In this document: piece after piece, positions 1 to 10,241 of the stretch
Layout of the letters: every line of letters begins with the position of its first letter
Position numbering within the stretch: the stretch's first letter is position 1
The notes under the pieces: model-generated
Database searches by the model: none
What the model saw: only the letters and a program-made list of their open reading frames with translations
Told to the model about the DNA's origin: nothing
Position numbers and translations under genes: made by a program
Source of the DNA: an uncultured Rhodothermales bacterium
GTDB taxonomy: Bacteria > Bacteroidota > Rhodothermia > Rhodothermales > UBA10348
Direction of reading: 5' to 3'
Assembly: GCA_964512485.1 (NCBI GenBank)
Contig: CAZEHJ010000001.1
Coordinates: forward strand, 15,523-79,522
DNA: 64,000 nt

Positions 1-168
1 GCAGTTCCTTACTCCGCAATGAAAGAGTAGGGTAGATCTGACTGGGTGCAAAGTGAATTGACCTGAACGGTACACGCTGGAGGGCGAGCCGTTTTATATT
101 CTGATCGAGTCGTTCAGGCCGTTTTTCGGTTGGTCGACCCTTCGGCTGAACCGTCAGAATGAACCACT

Positions 169-2580
169 CTATGGTTCTCGTTCCGCGGCAGGTAAAAGTG
201 CTTTGAATTGCCTGCGCAGGGTGTAATATGGCTCCCGCGCTATCACGCCAAGAATGTCATCAGGCTCGAGTTGAAGAGACTCGCTTCGGCCAAGGAGTTG
301 GATAGCCGTCATCCGTTGAATGGCCAGATCAGACCCGATCCATTCTCCCACTGTATCGATGGCCAATGAGTGTGACGGATCGATCCTCCAGATGGCCTTG
401 AGAGCAGCAGAACTAAGAATCGGATCCTCATCCAGGAATCCTCTGATGTTCTCAATCATCTCGTCGTTCGGACCGGTTTCTGGCCCCATGAGATCCAACG
501 CATCGAGCCGAACCCGATCGTTTTCGGACTCGGTAACAAGAGCGGACTTGAAATATGCCCACGCGTTGCCGGGTCGTAGGCTCGCCAGTGCCGTCACAGA
601 AGCCGACAGGACACGTCCGTCTCTACCAGTATTTGCCGCGTCAAGGGCTGTGGAGAAAGCCGAAGCATTTCCCTCAAACGCTGCGATTGATCTGAGCGCC
701 GAAGATTTGACCCGACTGTCATCATGTCCGGCCCACAATTGGAGCGTGGCTAACGCAGATCCTGAAGGAGCCATTTTTGCCAGTATCTCGCTGGCGGAGT
801 GCAACAGAGCGGGATCTGAATTCTGGGTGATTGAAGATCGCAGTCCGAGAAGAACCGATGGATTCAAATCCATTCCAGCCAACAGGTTCAGCGAGCGGAT
901 CGTGGATCCGTCGTCCACTGAATATCTCAACTGAGAGACGAGATCGTCCCGAGATGGGGGCGTTTGAAAGTCGACCAGAACTTCCGCAAACGCATCGGGA
1001 TGGACAAACCGAGGAGCGATACTGGTTGGAAACGTACTCGATTGCTGTCTGTCTTGAAGCCGAATTGTGATCGTGTTAGTTTCGGCCAGAGACGAGTACT
1101 GGAAGGTGGCGTCGAACTCGAACGCCTCCGGTACCAGCTGGCCTTCTTGATGCTGAGAAACGGAAACGCTGGCTCTCTCTGATGCGACATCAAAGCTGTG
1201 TGAAAGGGAAAGCTCAGGGTGTCCGGCGCTGTATACCCACACATCGAAGAAAGTCCGCAGGTCTTCGCGGGAGACAGACTCAAAACTCCGGCGAAGGGTT
1301 TCTGAATCCATCAGTTCGCCCTCGGGAGTTGCAAAAAATTGCTTGATGCCTGCCAGAAATGCCCGCTCGCCCAATCGCTCTTTCAGCATTCGCATAACCC
1401 ATGCCCCCTTTGCAAAAGCATGCGTATCAAGCAGGTCTGAAGCATTTTCCCACCGGTCCCAAACCAGAGGTCGGACATATTCTGAAGCTTCTTTCAGATA
1501 TGCCTGCCTCAGGTGTTCAAGTACCAGACCTGCAGCAGCGTCTGACTGAGAGGCTCTCAAATAATCGATGGCCAGCCAGGACGACAGAGCCGGTTTGATC
1601 CATATATCAGTCAGTACGAGTCTGCTGAAAGACGGTCCAAGAAGGACGCCAATCGAACGGCGGTTCTGATTGAACTGCTCGATCCATGAATCGGGCCCAC
1701 GCATATCATATTGGGGAATGACAGCAAGCTGATCGAATGATTCGATGGAAAGGGCACCCGGAACTATAAATACCTCAGAAGGAGGTTCGATTTCGATTCC
1801 GATCCGTTCTTCCAGATGATAGGTGACGAAGGAAAACATCTGATTCTTCAGGGAATCTGATGCGATAGTCGGTACCAGCGAATTCAGATCTTCCTCGTCG
1901 AATAACAGAACTTCCGTGGAGTCGTAGGCAAAAAAGCCGCTATGATGGGCAAATCTGCCCGTTGTCTGAGAGCTGGAGTACACCCTGTCCGTATCAGAGA
2001 ACATTCCGCGATGTAGTGCGGATGAGGTCTTCACTTTCCAGCGTGCAGGGGCAGAAATCGACGTCAGAGCATCGTAAGGATCCATTTCATCGAGTGGAGT
2101 CGGGCGCCAACCGGATTGGCCGGGAGCAGAGGAAGACCAAAGCGCAGACGGGCTTTGTCCCCTGTGCCGACGGCGAAGAGCACTTCTTACAGAAAAGCGA
2201 ATTTCGATGGTGAGCTCAGGCACGGTCGAAAAATCAAGAACGGTCGTCAGGATCCCGCCAGACACGGACCAGCTCAAGGAATCTGATCCGCTCCAGACGG
2301 ACTGGACATCGAGGTCTTGGACCATCAAAAACACATTCTGGATTTTGTCGGTCGGTGAAGACGCGTCACCGGGAACTGCATTGATTTGAGATCGACCAGA
2401 TACGATCTCGTCGTCAACGTCGATATTGAGGGCTGTACGAATAAAAATGATCCGGGCACCCTCAGCAAAATCCGATCGGATCGTACCATCCATCAAAGGA
2501 TGCAACGCCGTTTCTTGGGCCTCGACGCTCACCGTGGCTCCAAAACAGATCAGAATCAGTATGAGAGCACATCGATTCAT
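169..2580 (-). CDS. Secreted M1 (aminopeptidase N)-like protein with degenerate active site and HEAT-like C-terminal repeats
   Basis: 803-aa ORF with a signal peptide (MNRCALILILICFGATVSVEAQ). It has the M1 C-lobe signature AFAKGAWVMRMLKERLGERAFLAGIKQFF. The HExxH...E position reads GPSFS...WLAIDYL. ATGA start/stop overlap with the upstream ORF. Confidence 0.7.
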   Translation of the reverse strand: MNRCALILILICFGATVSVEAQETALHPLMDGTIRSDFAEGARIIFIRTALNIDVDDEIVSGRSQINAVPGDASSPTDKIQNVFLMVQDLDVQSVWSGSDSLSWSVSGGILTTVLDFSTVPELTIEIRFSVRSALRRRHRGQSPSALWSSSAPGQSGWRPTPLDEMDPYDALTSISAPARWKVKTSSALHRGMFSDTDRVYSSSQTTGRFAHHSGFFAYDSTEVLLFDEEDLNSLVPTIASDSLKNQMFSFVTYHLEERIGIEIEPPSEVFIVPGALSIESFDQLAVIPQYDMRGPDSWIEQFNQNRRSIGVLLGPSFSRLVLTDIWIKPALSSWLAIDYLRASQSDAAAGLVLEHLRQAYLKEASEYVRPLVWDRWENASDLLDTHAFAKGAWVMRMLKERLGERAFLAGIKQFFATPEGELMDSETLRRSFESVSREDLRTFFDVWVYSAGHPELSLSHSFDVASERASVSVSQHQEGQLVPEAFEFDATFQYSSLAETNTITIRLQDRQQSSTFPTSIAPRFVHPDAFAEVLVDFQTPPSRDDLVSQLRYSVDDGSTIRSLNLLAGMDLNPSVLLGLRSSITQNSDPALLHSASEILAKMAPSGSALATLQLWAGHDDSRVKSSALRSIAAFEGNASAFSTALDAANTGRDGRVLSASVTALASLRPGNAWAYFKSALVTESENDRVRLDALDLMGPETGPNDEMIENIRGFLDEDPILSSAALKAIWRIDPSHSLAIDTVGEWIGSDLAIQRMTAIQLLGRSESLQLEPDDILGVIAREPYYTLRRQFKALLPAAEREP

Positions 2581-3686
2581 TGTCTCTGCGCACTCGCCGG
2601 ATTTTCAGTGCTTTCCAGATCGCCTCCGTTCTGCAGCGAAAACGTAGCCCCCAGAAACAGCATAGCTGCAAACCCCACGATAATGTAGAGAAGCATTTGT
2701 CCAGTATGAGTGAGGAGTGCATACGAAGCCGCTTCTGCTTGAGGCATGGTAAAAAGTAAAGCGAGAGATTGAATCGTGATGAAATGATAGGTGCCGATGC
2801 CACCGGGAGAAGGTATGATCACTCCAATGGCTCCGATGAGCATGAGTCCCCAGGCATCGATAAAACTGATTTCGAAACTTGAGTTTTGGCCCAGTAGAAC
2901 GAACGGCAAATAGGCCATCAGACCGTAACAAAACCAAATCGCAACGGTCTGGACAATGATCTGAACAGGTTTGGATGTGTGGAATATGGAGAGAAATCCA
3001 TTCCTGAAATGGCAAAACAGAGAGCCAATTCTGGATGACGGATCCCGTACTCCACGAATCAGAAAAACCAGGGATCCGAGGGCCCCGAGTACCAGAACGG
3101 TAGCGCCCAAGGCGATGCTAAAGAAGGATTGGGCTGCGAGCCACGAAATGATGGGCTCCAGGAGCAAGGAACCCAAGTCGGCGATCCGGGCGCTGAAAAT
3201 GAACGGTACACTGAGTAAAAAGATGCCAAAACTGGCCATGTCCAGGGCTCTTTCGACTACGACCGTACCCAACACGGTTGAGAAATGCATGCGCTCTTTA
3301 CGGGCGACGTTTCCCGTGCGGATGATCTCTCCCAATCTGGGGCCGGCATAATTGGCCATGTATCCGACCATGAGGGACAGAAATGCGTTGACCGTAGACA
3401 CCTTGCTGCGATTGACATGCTGAGGCGAACCATCCTCAGTGTCCGCTTCCTTTCCAGGTGACGCTTCCAGGAAGAGAACCCATCTCATGGCTCGCAGCCA
3501 GTGGCTCAAAAGCGTTATTGCAACGATTGGGAGCAACCACCAGTAGTTGGCCTGAGCAAACGCCTTTCTGACACCGGCAATGTCAACCCCCCGCAATGCC
3601 AGGTAGAGGAGAAGAGCCGCCACGGCAAAACTGCCACCGCGAATCAGCCACTGCTTGCTGCTTTTGTTCATGAATCGGTCGTCCAA
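2577..3686 (-). CDS. Flippase-like / lysyl-phosphatidylglycerol-synthase TM-region family (UPF0104) membrane protein
   Basis: 369-aa polytopic ORF. The N-terminus LRGVDIAGVRKAFAQANYWWLLPIVAITLLSHWLRAMRWVLFL is typical of the family. Confidence 0.6.
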   Translation of the reverse strand: MDDRFMNKSSKQWLIRGGSFAVAALLLYLALRGVDIAGVRKAFAQANYWWLLPIVAITLLSHWLRAMRWVLFLEASPGKEADTEDGSPQHVNRSKVSTVNAFLSLMVGYMANYAGPRLGEIIRTGNVARKERMHFSTVLGTVVVERALDMASFGIFLLSVPFIFSARIADLGSLLLEPIISWLAAQSFFSIALGATVLVLGALGSLVFLIRGVRDPSSRIGSLFCHFRNGFLSIFHTSKPVQIIVQTVAIWFCYGLMAYLPFVLLGQNSSFEISFIDAWGLMLIGAIGVIIPSPGGIGTYHFITIQSLALLFTMPQAEAASYALLTHTGQMLLYIIVGFAAMLFLGATFSLQNGGDLESTENPASAQRQ

Positions 3687-3762
3687 TGGTCATTCAAGAA
3701 AGAAAACACGGAAGAATTCCCGAGAGCAGCAAATGGTTTCCAATTCGTGCTTTGAGGATTAT

Positions 3763-4440
3763 TCAATTCCTCAGATCAATCACTTCCACTGATTCCGGGA
3801 TTTCGAATTCAAACACGTGCGATTCCAACTGAGGATTCACCTGAATGTCTGACAGGTCGAAGGTCATGGTCACGTCATTAAGATCGACGACAACCAGATG
3901 CGTTACGATCAGGTCGGACCTGCGTATCCAGAGTCGAACACTCTGAAACGAGGAAAAATCATCCAGCGGACGTAAATAAAGCCTGTCATGCATGGTGCCC
4001 AATAAGGACTCCTGTCCATCACCGGCAACATCATATTCCTGGTCGAACTGGCGCAAGAATGTGGTCAGTGAAAAAGACCCTTCATCATCAACGTAGTTGT
4101 TAACGAGGACCTGATTCTCGCCTCTATTGTGAATCCAGGTGGTCACTCCATCCGTGACGATCGTTTGACCTCCTGTTTCAACGCGGTATTTGTCTTGAGA
4201 GAAGGTAAGATCGCCTGAAAAGCGCTCATCTTCGTCCAAAAAAGACGATCTGGCGACTTGTACAAAACGAGCTTTCATCGTTTCGATGGACTCATATCTG
4301 TGCGCGAGTCGCTGAGCAAGCATCCGGGCATCTCCGTTCGTGTCCTGAGCAGAACCAGATATTGCACTCGAAACAGCGAGCAGCACCAGTAATGGCAACA
4401 AGCGGATGGATATGTAGTGTTTGTATTGCATTTCGCGCAA
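3763..4440 (-). CDS. LolA-like outer-membrane lipoprotein carrier protein
   Basis: 225-aa ORF with a signal peptide and the LolA-type motif LAHRYESIETMKARFVQ followed by a beta-rich body. Confidence 0.6.
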   Translation of the reverse strand: MREMQYKHYISIRLLPLLVLLAVSSAISGSAQDTNGDARMLAQRLAHRYESIETMKARFVQVARSSFLDEDERFSGDLTFSQDKYRVETGGQTIVTDGVTTWIHNRGENQVLVNNYVDDEGSFSLTTFLRQFDQEYDVAGDGQESLLGTMHDRLYLRPLDDFSSFQSVRLWIRRSDLIVTHLVVVDLNDVTMTFDLSDIQVNPQLESHVFEFEIPESVEVIDLRN

Positions 4441-4569
4441 TTTAGGGGGCAGCGACTTTAGATGACCCCACTTTGAATGAACTGATATCCAATTCCCGTG
4501 CCGTATCCCGGATGCCCTACCATGACGCGTCAGAAGAGCATTCTGCCTTGTGAGCCGATCTGAGAGTCC

Positions 4570-5730
4570 TCATTTCTGAACTACTTTTTTGAGAGCGTCC
4601 ACAAAAGCCTGCATATCTGTCCGATCATTGTAGACGTGTGGAGCGACTCGTATGGCGCTTCCTCTGACTGACACCGATACTTTGGCTGCAGCCAAAATGT
4701 CTCTCGCTTCCGATACGTTCACACCTGAAGGCATACGAATTCCGAACAGATGATTGCCCCGGTCCCGTTTGTCAGCCAGTTGGAATCCCAGGTCCAGAAT
4801 TTCGGCTTCCCAAGGCTCCATCAAAGCGGCGACGTATTCCTGAATGGATTCCGGCGTCCATTCAAGAATCTGGGAGAGGGCGGTCTCCAGCATCGGCATA
4901 AGGGTGAAATTACTTTTTTCCCCAACATCAAATCGGACGGCGCCGGGCTGATAACTGGCTTCGTAATCAACCAATCCGGCGAAATCTTCGCTGCCTCGCC
5001 TGTTGATCCAGTTCTCCTCGATCGGGGTACCATTCAGGAAACGGTCCCCCCACCATCCGAAGCCACTTGAGTAAGGGCCAAACAGCCACTTGTAGCCGGC
5101 TACGATGAGAGCGTCGGGCTTAACTTCCTGCACATCGAATGGCATCGCTCCGATTGACTGCGTTCCATCGAGAATTACGGCCGCCCCGTTTTCTCTCGCA
5201 CGTTCCGAAATTCGTCCCAGGTCAAAAAGTGTCCCGTCCGTCCAATGCACGATGGGAAGTGCTACCGCGGCCGTGTTGTCATCGATTGCTTCCAGAATCG
5301 CATCATTCCAGGCATGACACTTTTCTTTGGAATCAGGTGGAGCCTGAATCGTTCTCAGATTGAGCTCTTTTTCGTCAGCCAGTCGTCGCCATGTATACAG
5401 ATTGCTGGGAAACTGCTCGTGCAGGAGTACAATATTTTGTCCCGGCTTCACGTGGAGATTTTTTGCCGCAATGGCAATTCCGTAGGATACCGAAGGTAGC
5501 AGTGAAACGCGGGAAGATGCCTCAGAATGAATCAGGCGGGCAAACAATTCTCTGACTCGATCCGGTGTGGAGAAGAAGTCTGCGGGCTTGATGCGTGAGG
5601 GATCTCTTTTGGCTCTGATCGCCTCAATACCCGCCTCTTCGACACGGCGGGAAAGAGGCGACATGTAGGCACAATTCAGGTAATGGACGTCGGAAGGGAG
5701 CTGAAAAGCAGGTTTTTGACAGGGAAGCAT
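4570..5730 (-). CDS. Aminotransferase class V-fold PLP-dependent enzyme
   Basis: 386-aa ORF. AVILDGTQSIGAMPFDV and VAGYKWLFGPYSSG (PLP lysine context) resemble cysteine-desulfurase / epimerase-type class V enzymes. Confidence 0.75.
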   Translation of the reverse strand: MLPCQKPAFQLPSDVHYLNCAYMSPLSRRVEEAGIEAIRAKRDPSRIKPADFFSTPDRVRELFARLIHSEASSRVSLLPSVSYGIAIAAKNLHVKPGQNIVLLHEQFPSNLYTWRRLADEKELNLRTIQAPPDSKEKCHAWNDAILEAIDDNTAAVALPIVHWTDGTLFDLGRISERARENGAAVILDGTQSIGAMPFDVQEVKPDALIVAGYKWLFGPYSSGFGWWGDRFLNGTPIEENWINRRGSEDFAGLVDYEASYQPGAVRFDVGEKSNFTLMPMLETALSQILEWTPESIQEYVAALMEPWEAEILDLGFQLADKRDRGNHLFGIRMPSGVNVSEARDILAAAKVSVSVRGSAIRVAPHVYNDRTDMQAFVDALKKVVQK

Positions 5731-5818
5731 GAATCACTGGCTTGATTGGCACACAAGATACGGCTCATTAACTTGACGAAAGGACCACCTTAAATGTCGC
5801 AGTGGAGTTCATTTTAAC

Positions 5819-6313
5819 ATGCCTTTGAGGCGCATCATAACCGGAGGACAGAGCGGAGTTGACCGCGGAGCACTCGACGCAGCGCTGGCCTCCGGATTCC
5901 CGTGCGGAGGGCACTGCCCCAGGGGACGGCGCGCTGAAGACGGCCCGATACCGCAGCGATATCCGCTGATGGAAACGACGTCCCGCGATTACGGCCAACG
6001 CACTGAGGCCAACGTCCTCGCTTCGGATGGGACACTCATTCTCGTTCTATCTCTGCCACTGACTGGCGGCACACTGTTGACCCACGAAATCGCATCCAAA
6101 CTCAACAGACAGTGTTTGGTATTGGAGCTGGGCATGATCGGTCGGACTCAATCGCGGCCGGACGTGGGCGAGATTCTTCGTTGGCTGGATCAACATGAAA
6201 TTGAATGCCTGAACGTGGCGGGACCAAGAGAAAGTGGCGCGCCCGGAATCGGGCGCGCCACTTTCGAAATTCTGTCCGAATTGATCAAGCGATCGGTAGA
6301 ACGCGTACTCTGA
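5819..6313 (+). CDS. SLOG-superfamily YpsA / putative molybdenum-carrier (MoCo_carrier) family protein
   Basis: 164-aa ORF. IITGGQSGVDRGALDAALASGFPCGGHCPRGRRAEDGPIPQRYPL matches the family signature GGQTGVDRAALDAA..GG.CPKGR.AEDG. Confidence 0.6.
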   Translation: MPLRRIITGGQSGVDRGALDAALASGFPCGGHCPRGRRAEDGPIPQRYPLMETTSRDYGQRTEANVLASDGTLILVLSLPLTGGTLLTHEIASKLNRQCLVLELGMIGRTQSRPDVGEILRWLDQHEIECLNVAGPRESGAPGIGRATFEILSELIKRSVERVL

Positions 6314-6344
6314 TCTTATATCAGGAGTTTTTACCTGCCAAAAA

Positions 6345-6974
6345 TCAGTTGCTTCGGCCGCGACGTCTTTTTGCTCGTTCTGCTTCTCTTTCAGCTTTTT
6401 CTTTCAGACGCTCTACTGATTCCTTGATTTGCGATTCCATGTTGCGCATGGCATCCTCAAGTTCGATCTCAATATCTCCTTCGATCGAGTCTTTGATATG
6501 GAGTCTGATGGCGTTGCCGTCAAGCGACTCGCGAGTCAGTTCGAGGATCTCTAAATCACCGAATTCGATCTCTTCGGTATCCCAACTGTCCAGTTCACGA
6601 CTCAGCTCACGTTCCAATCGACTTGCAGCTTCTTCCATTTCCGCAATTTCCGCGTCCAAAGCGTCGCCATGTGCATGACTCGCGTGGTTTGGGAAGCGCA
6701 TCACGATGCGGTGCTTCTTGTGTCGTGCGTGACGTCTGTCCGCATCGACTTTAATTTCATAGCGAAACTGGGTTTCCGCGAGAGGTGCCACTTCGACGGC
6801 ATCCGCTCTTTCGGAAGTAAATAGCGCGTACTCTGCTTTGTCAGGCCAGAAATGCTTGACCAGCACGCTGAGCAGATTTGCAGAAAACAGGATGATGGTT
6901 GCAATCCCCAGCGCCATGACCAGTTTCTGCCGGCGGCCGGTATTCTCAGTAGACATGCGGAGTTCCTCCCTCAC
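6345..6974 (-). CDS. Hypothetical membrane-anchored acidic coiled-coil protein
   Basis: 209-aa ORF with one N-terminal TM helix (LVMALGIATIILFSANLLSVLV), a His-rich patch, and an E/D-rich tail ending in KRRRGRSN. No family recognised. Confidence 0.45.
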   Translation of the reverse strand: MREELRMSTENTGRRQKLVMALGIATIILFSANLLSVLVKHFWPDKAEYALFTSERADAVEVAPLAETQFRYEIKVDADRRHARHKKHRIVMRFPNHASHAHGDALDAEIAEMEEAASRLERELSRELDSWDTEEIEFGDLEILELTRESLDGNAIRLHIKDSIEGDIEIELEDAMRNMESQIKESVERLKEKAEREAERAKRRRGRSN

Positions 6975-7115
6975 TTCAAATTGAACAGGACCGAAAAATT
7001 TCGGCTGGCACGTCTTCCGATTACGCGTCGAGTCTGTCCGAATCGATAAAACCTAAACGATCTCAGGATCCATTCTATTGTATAGGACCGCAAAAAAATC
7101 GAAAGTTTCTCAGGC

Positions 7116-7910
7116 CTACGGTTTCTTTCCTTTCAAAGTTGCTGTTGAGAAGCGGGAGAGATCTACTTCTTCTTTGATATTCCAGCACCAGAATTTCTGA
7201 CAGGGAAACACGTTTTCGTACAGGGCCCTTCCTACGATAACCGAGTCCACTCGATAGGGAATAAGATCATTGAGGGCCGTGAGGTGGAGATGGTTGCCTA
7301 CGCCGCCCGAAGCGGTGATTTTGGTGCGTTTCAGCCGAGATCCCATTTCGCGATACGCTTCCATGTTAGGCCCTTCCATCGTTCCGTCACGAGCGATGTC
7401 GGTGTATACAATCCGGCGACATCCCCGTGCTTCCATATCCAGGGCAAAAGGAATTGCATCAATTCCGCTTCCTTCGGTCCAGCCTTGAATTCTCGTCTCG
7501 CCATCACGAGCATCAATGCCCACTACAATCTTGCTGGCTCCATGTTTTTCAATCGCCTCGCTCACCAGATCAGGATTTTGGATGGCAGCTGTTCCGATGA
7601 TCACGCGGTAGACACCGGCATCGATCGCACGGTCGATGTCGGCCATGGTTCGAATGCCGCCGCCAACTTGAACCGGAATGTCGAGCTCAGAACAGATCTC
7701 GTGGATGACCTCCCGATTGTTTTCGCTTCTTCCCTTGGCAGCGTCCAGGTCGACCACGTGCAGAACTTTCGCGTTCTGAATTCGCCAGAGCTTGGCCATT
7801 TTCACAGGGTCGTCGAAATACACCTTTTCCTTCTCATACTTCCCTTGATAGAGTCGTACGCATTGCTCCCCACGGAGGTCAATCGCCGGTATGACAAGAA
7901 TCTTTGGCAT
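7116..7910 (-). CDS. hisA: ProFAR isomerase HisA
   Basis: N-terminus ILVIPAIDLRGEQCVRLYQGKYEKEKVYFDDPVKMAKLW plus VGGGIR and GVDSVIVGRALYE motifs of the HisA/HisF barrel. Confidence 0.8.
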   Translation of the reverse strand: MPKILVIPAIDLRGEQCVRLYQGKYEKEKVYFDDPVKMAKLWRIQNAKVLHVVDLDAAKGRSENNREVIHEICSELDIPVQVGGGIRTMADIDRAIDAGVYRVIIGTAAIQNPDLVSEAIEKHGASKIVVGIDARDGETRIQGWTEGSGIDAIPFALDMEARGCRRIVYTDIARDGTMEGPNMEAYREMGSRLKRTKITASGGVGNHLHLTALNDLIPYRVDSVIVGRALYENVFPCQKFWCWNIKEEVDLSRFSTATLKGKKP

Positions 7911-8092
7911 ATCTCAAAATCCTATGCTCCAACCTAGCCTTTTATCAACGGTTTCCCCAAAAATGACATCAATCCCGATGTTCTTCATATCTCACGCTGT
8001 CATCGAGGAATCAACTATGCTGTGTTTGTTGTTTATTGCGCTTGATCTGGAAATAATCCAGTCACTGCATCTGTAATTTTCCTGCTGAGCCC

Positions 8093-10183
8093 ATGTCCAA
8101 AAAGGACTTCAACAGAATACTCGTAACGGCAGCTCTTCCATACGCGAATGGCCCGGTCCATTTGGGTCACCTTGCCGGTGCATACCTGCCTCCGGATCTC
8201 TTCTGCAGATATCATCGACTGAAAGGAAGCGATATAGTATTTGTCAGTGGATCCGATGAAATGGGCGTAGCCATTATGGTCAGGGCCAGAAAGGAGGGAA
8301 TTCAGCCCCAGGAACTGGTCGACAGGTACCACCCGGCTATTGAGAAAGCGTTTTCTGATTTCGGAATGACGTTCGACCATTATGGTAGAACTACGTCGCC
8401 GGTTCACGCCGAAACGAGCCAGGACTTCTTCCGAACACTTGCCCGGAAAGGCATTTTTACGCTCAAGACAGAGCAGCAGCTATACGATCCGGAAGCCGGG
8501 ATATTCCTCGCGGACAGGTTTGTGATAGGGACGTGTCCGACGTGCGGACATGAGGACGCCTATGGAGATCAGTGCGAAAAGTGCGGATCAACGCTGAGTC
8601 CCATGGAACTGGTCAACCCAAGAAGTACGATCTCTGATGCCACGCCTGAACTCAGGGAGACCACCCATTTTTACCTCCCGCTCGGCGATTTCCAGGAGCG
8701 ACTGGAAAAATGGGTCGCCACGCATCCGGAGTGGAAGCCGAACGTCACCGGCCAGATTAAAAGCTGGTTGAACGAAGGCCTCAAAGAGCGTGCAATCACG
8801 CGGGATGTGCCATGGGGCGTTCCAGTGCCGGAAGATGTTGCTTCTGAACTGGGAATTGACGCATCTGGCAAAGTCATCTACGTCTGGTTCGATGCTCCCA
8901 TCGGATACATTTCCGACACCAAAGAATGGGCGGTAAAAACCGGTAACCCTGAAGCATGGAAGACTTACTGGCAGAGTGAAGACACGAGGTTGGTTCATTT
9001 CATCGGGAAGGACAACATCGTATTCCACTGCCTGATGTTTCCCGCCATGCTGATGGCACACGGAGACTACGTTCTTCCTGACAACGTGCCTGCGAACGAG
9101 TTTCTGAATATTGAAGGTGACAAACTGTCAACGAGCCGCAACTGGGCGGTTTGGCTGCACGAATATCTGGAGGACTTCGAGCCAGATCTTCTCCGGTATG
9201 CTCTTTCGACCATCCTTCCAGAGACCAAAGATTCCGATTTCAATTGGGACGAATTTCAGGCAAGGGTGAACTCGGAACTTGCCGACGTGCTCGGCAACTT
9301 CGTGAACCGGACGATGACGTTTGCCCACCGATTCGCCGATGGGAAAGTCCCGGTTCTGGAAAACCCGTCAGATACCGATCGGGAAGTACTTGAAGCTTTG
9401 GCAACGTTTCCGGATAAAATTGGAACGTCTTACGACGCGTACCGAAACAGAGAAGCGGTTTTCGAAACGATTGCCTTGGCACGAATAGGTAACAAGTATT
9501 TCAACGATACAGAACCCTGGAAGACGAGGAGCTCAGATCCACAGGCGTGTGCCAATACGATCCACGTTTCGCTTCAACTCTGTGCGTCCCTTTCGATTCT
9601 GATGGAACCGGTTCTTCCGTTTTCAGCAGTCAAGCTCCGGAAAATGGTAGGACTGGAGGGCGTTCGATCCAGTACTCCCGGACCTTCGAGCGGAATCGGT
9701 TGGGATGATGCTGGCTCCAGCCTGCTCCAACCTGGAAGTGAACTTGGCGAATCGATAATTTTATTCAGCAAAATTGAGGACGAAGTCATCGAAGCACAGA
9801 AAGCCAAACTTGGAGCAGGTGCAGAACAAGAGCCCGCCGGCGATCCGTATGAATCGCTCAAGGAAACGATTAACTACGACGATTTTGCAAAGCTCGACTT
9901 CCGCATGGGTACGATCATCGAGGCTGAACGCGTTCCGAAATCAAAAAAACTTGTTCGTACGGTCGTAGATCTTGGGTTCGAAACACGCCAGATCCTCGGT
10001 GGCATTGCCGAACACTTTGACCCGGAAGAACTCGTTGGACGACGTGTTGCGGTTGTAGCCAATCTCGCACCTCGCAAAATGATGGGCCTCGAAAGTCAGG
10101 GCATGATGCTCATGGCTGAAAACCGCGAAGGACAGCTCTTTCTGATGGGATCGGACGGAGAAAACGGAGCCGTCATCAGATAA
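8093..10183 (+). CDS. metG: Methionine--tRNA ligase with C-terminal tRNA-binding (EMAP/Trbp111-like) domain
   Basis: 696 aa. HIGH-type motif PYANGPVHLGHLAG, zinc knuckle CPTCG...CEKCG, KMSKS-type KLSTSRN, and a C-terminal DFRMGTI...VVANLAPRKMMG OB-fold. Confidence 0.95.
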   Translation: MSKKDFNRILVTAALPYANGPVHLGHLAGAYLPPDLFCRYHRLKGSDIVFVSGSDEMGVAIMVRARKEGIQPQELVDRYHPAIEKAFSDFGMTFDHYGRTTSPVHAETSQDFFRTLARKGIFTLKTEQQLYDPEAGIFLADRFVIGTCPTCGHEDAYGDQCEKCGSTLSPMELVNPRSTISDATPELRETTHFYLPLGDFQERLEKWVATHPEWKPNVTGQIKSWLNEGLKERAITRDVPWGVPVPEDVASELGIDASGKVIYVWFDAPIGYISDTKEWAVKTGNPEAWKTYWQSEDTRLVHFIGKDNIVFHCLMFPAMLMAHGDYVLPDNVPANEFLNIEGDKLSTSRNWAVWLHEYLEDFEPDLLRYALSTILPETKDSDFNWDEFQARVNSELADVLGNFVNRTMTFAHRFADGKVPVLENPSDTDREVLEALATFPDKIGTSYDAYRNREAVFETIALARIGNKYFNDTEPWKTRSSDPQACANTIHVSLQLCASLSILMEPVLPFSAVKLRKMVGLEGVRSSTPGPSSGIGWDDAGSSLLQPGSELGESIILFSKIEDEVIEAQKAKLGAGAEQEPAGDPYESLKETINYDDFAKLDFRMGTIIEAERVPKSKKLVRTVVDLGFETRQILGGIAEHFDPEELVGRRVAVVANLAPRKMMGLESQGMMLMAENREGQLFLMGSDGENGAVIR

Positions 10184-10241
10184 TTCCGATGACGGCCCGA
10201 ATGCGACGCTAGAATGGCGCCGCTCTGTCAGATTCTTTTGA

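Noticed and set aside
320-934. 204-aa plus-strand ORF
   Set aside because: It is antisense to the M1-like gene and is Ser/Arg/Ala-rich shadow sequence.
7116-7910. hisA isolated from other his genes as a possible anomaly
   Set aside because: Scattered his genes are common outside Proteobacteria and Firmicutes. The gene looks intact, so this is not informative.
7284-7937. 217-aa plus-strand ORF
   Set aside because: It is antisense to hisA, which has clear family motifs, so it is a shadow ORF.
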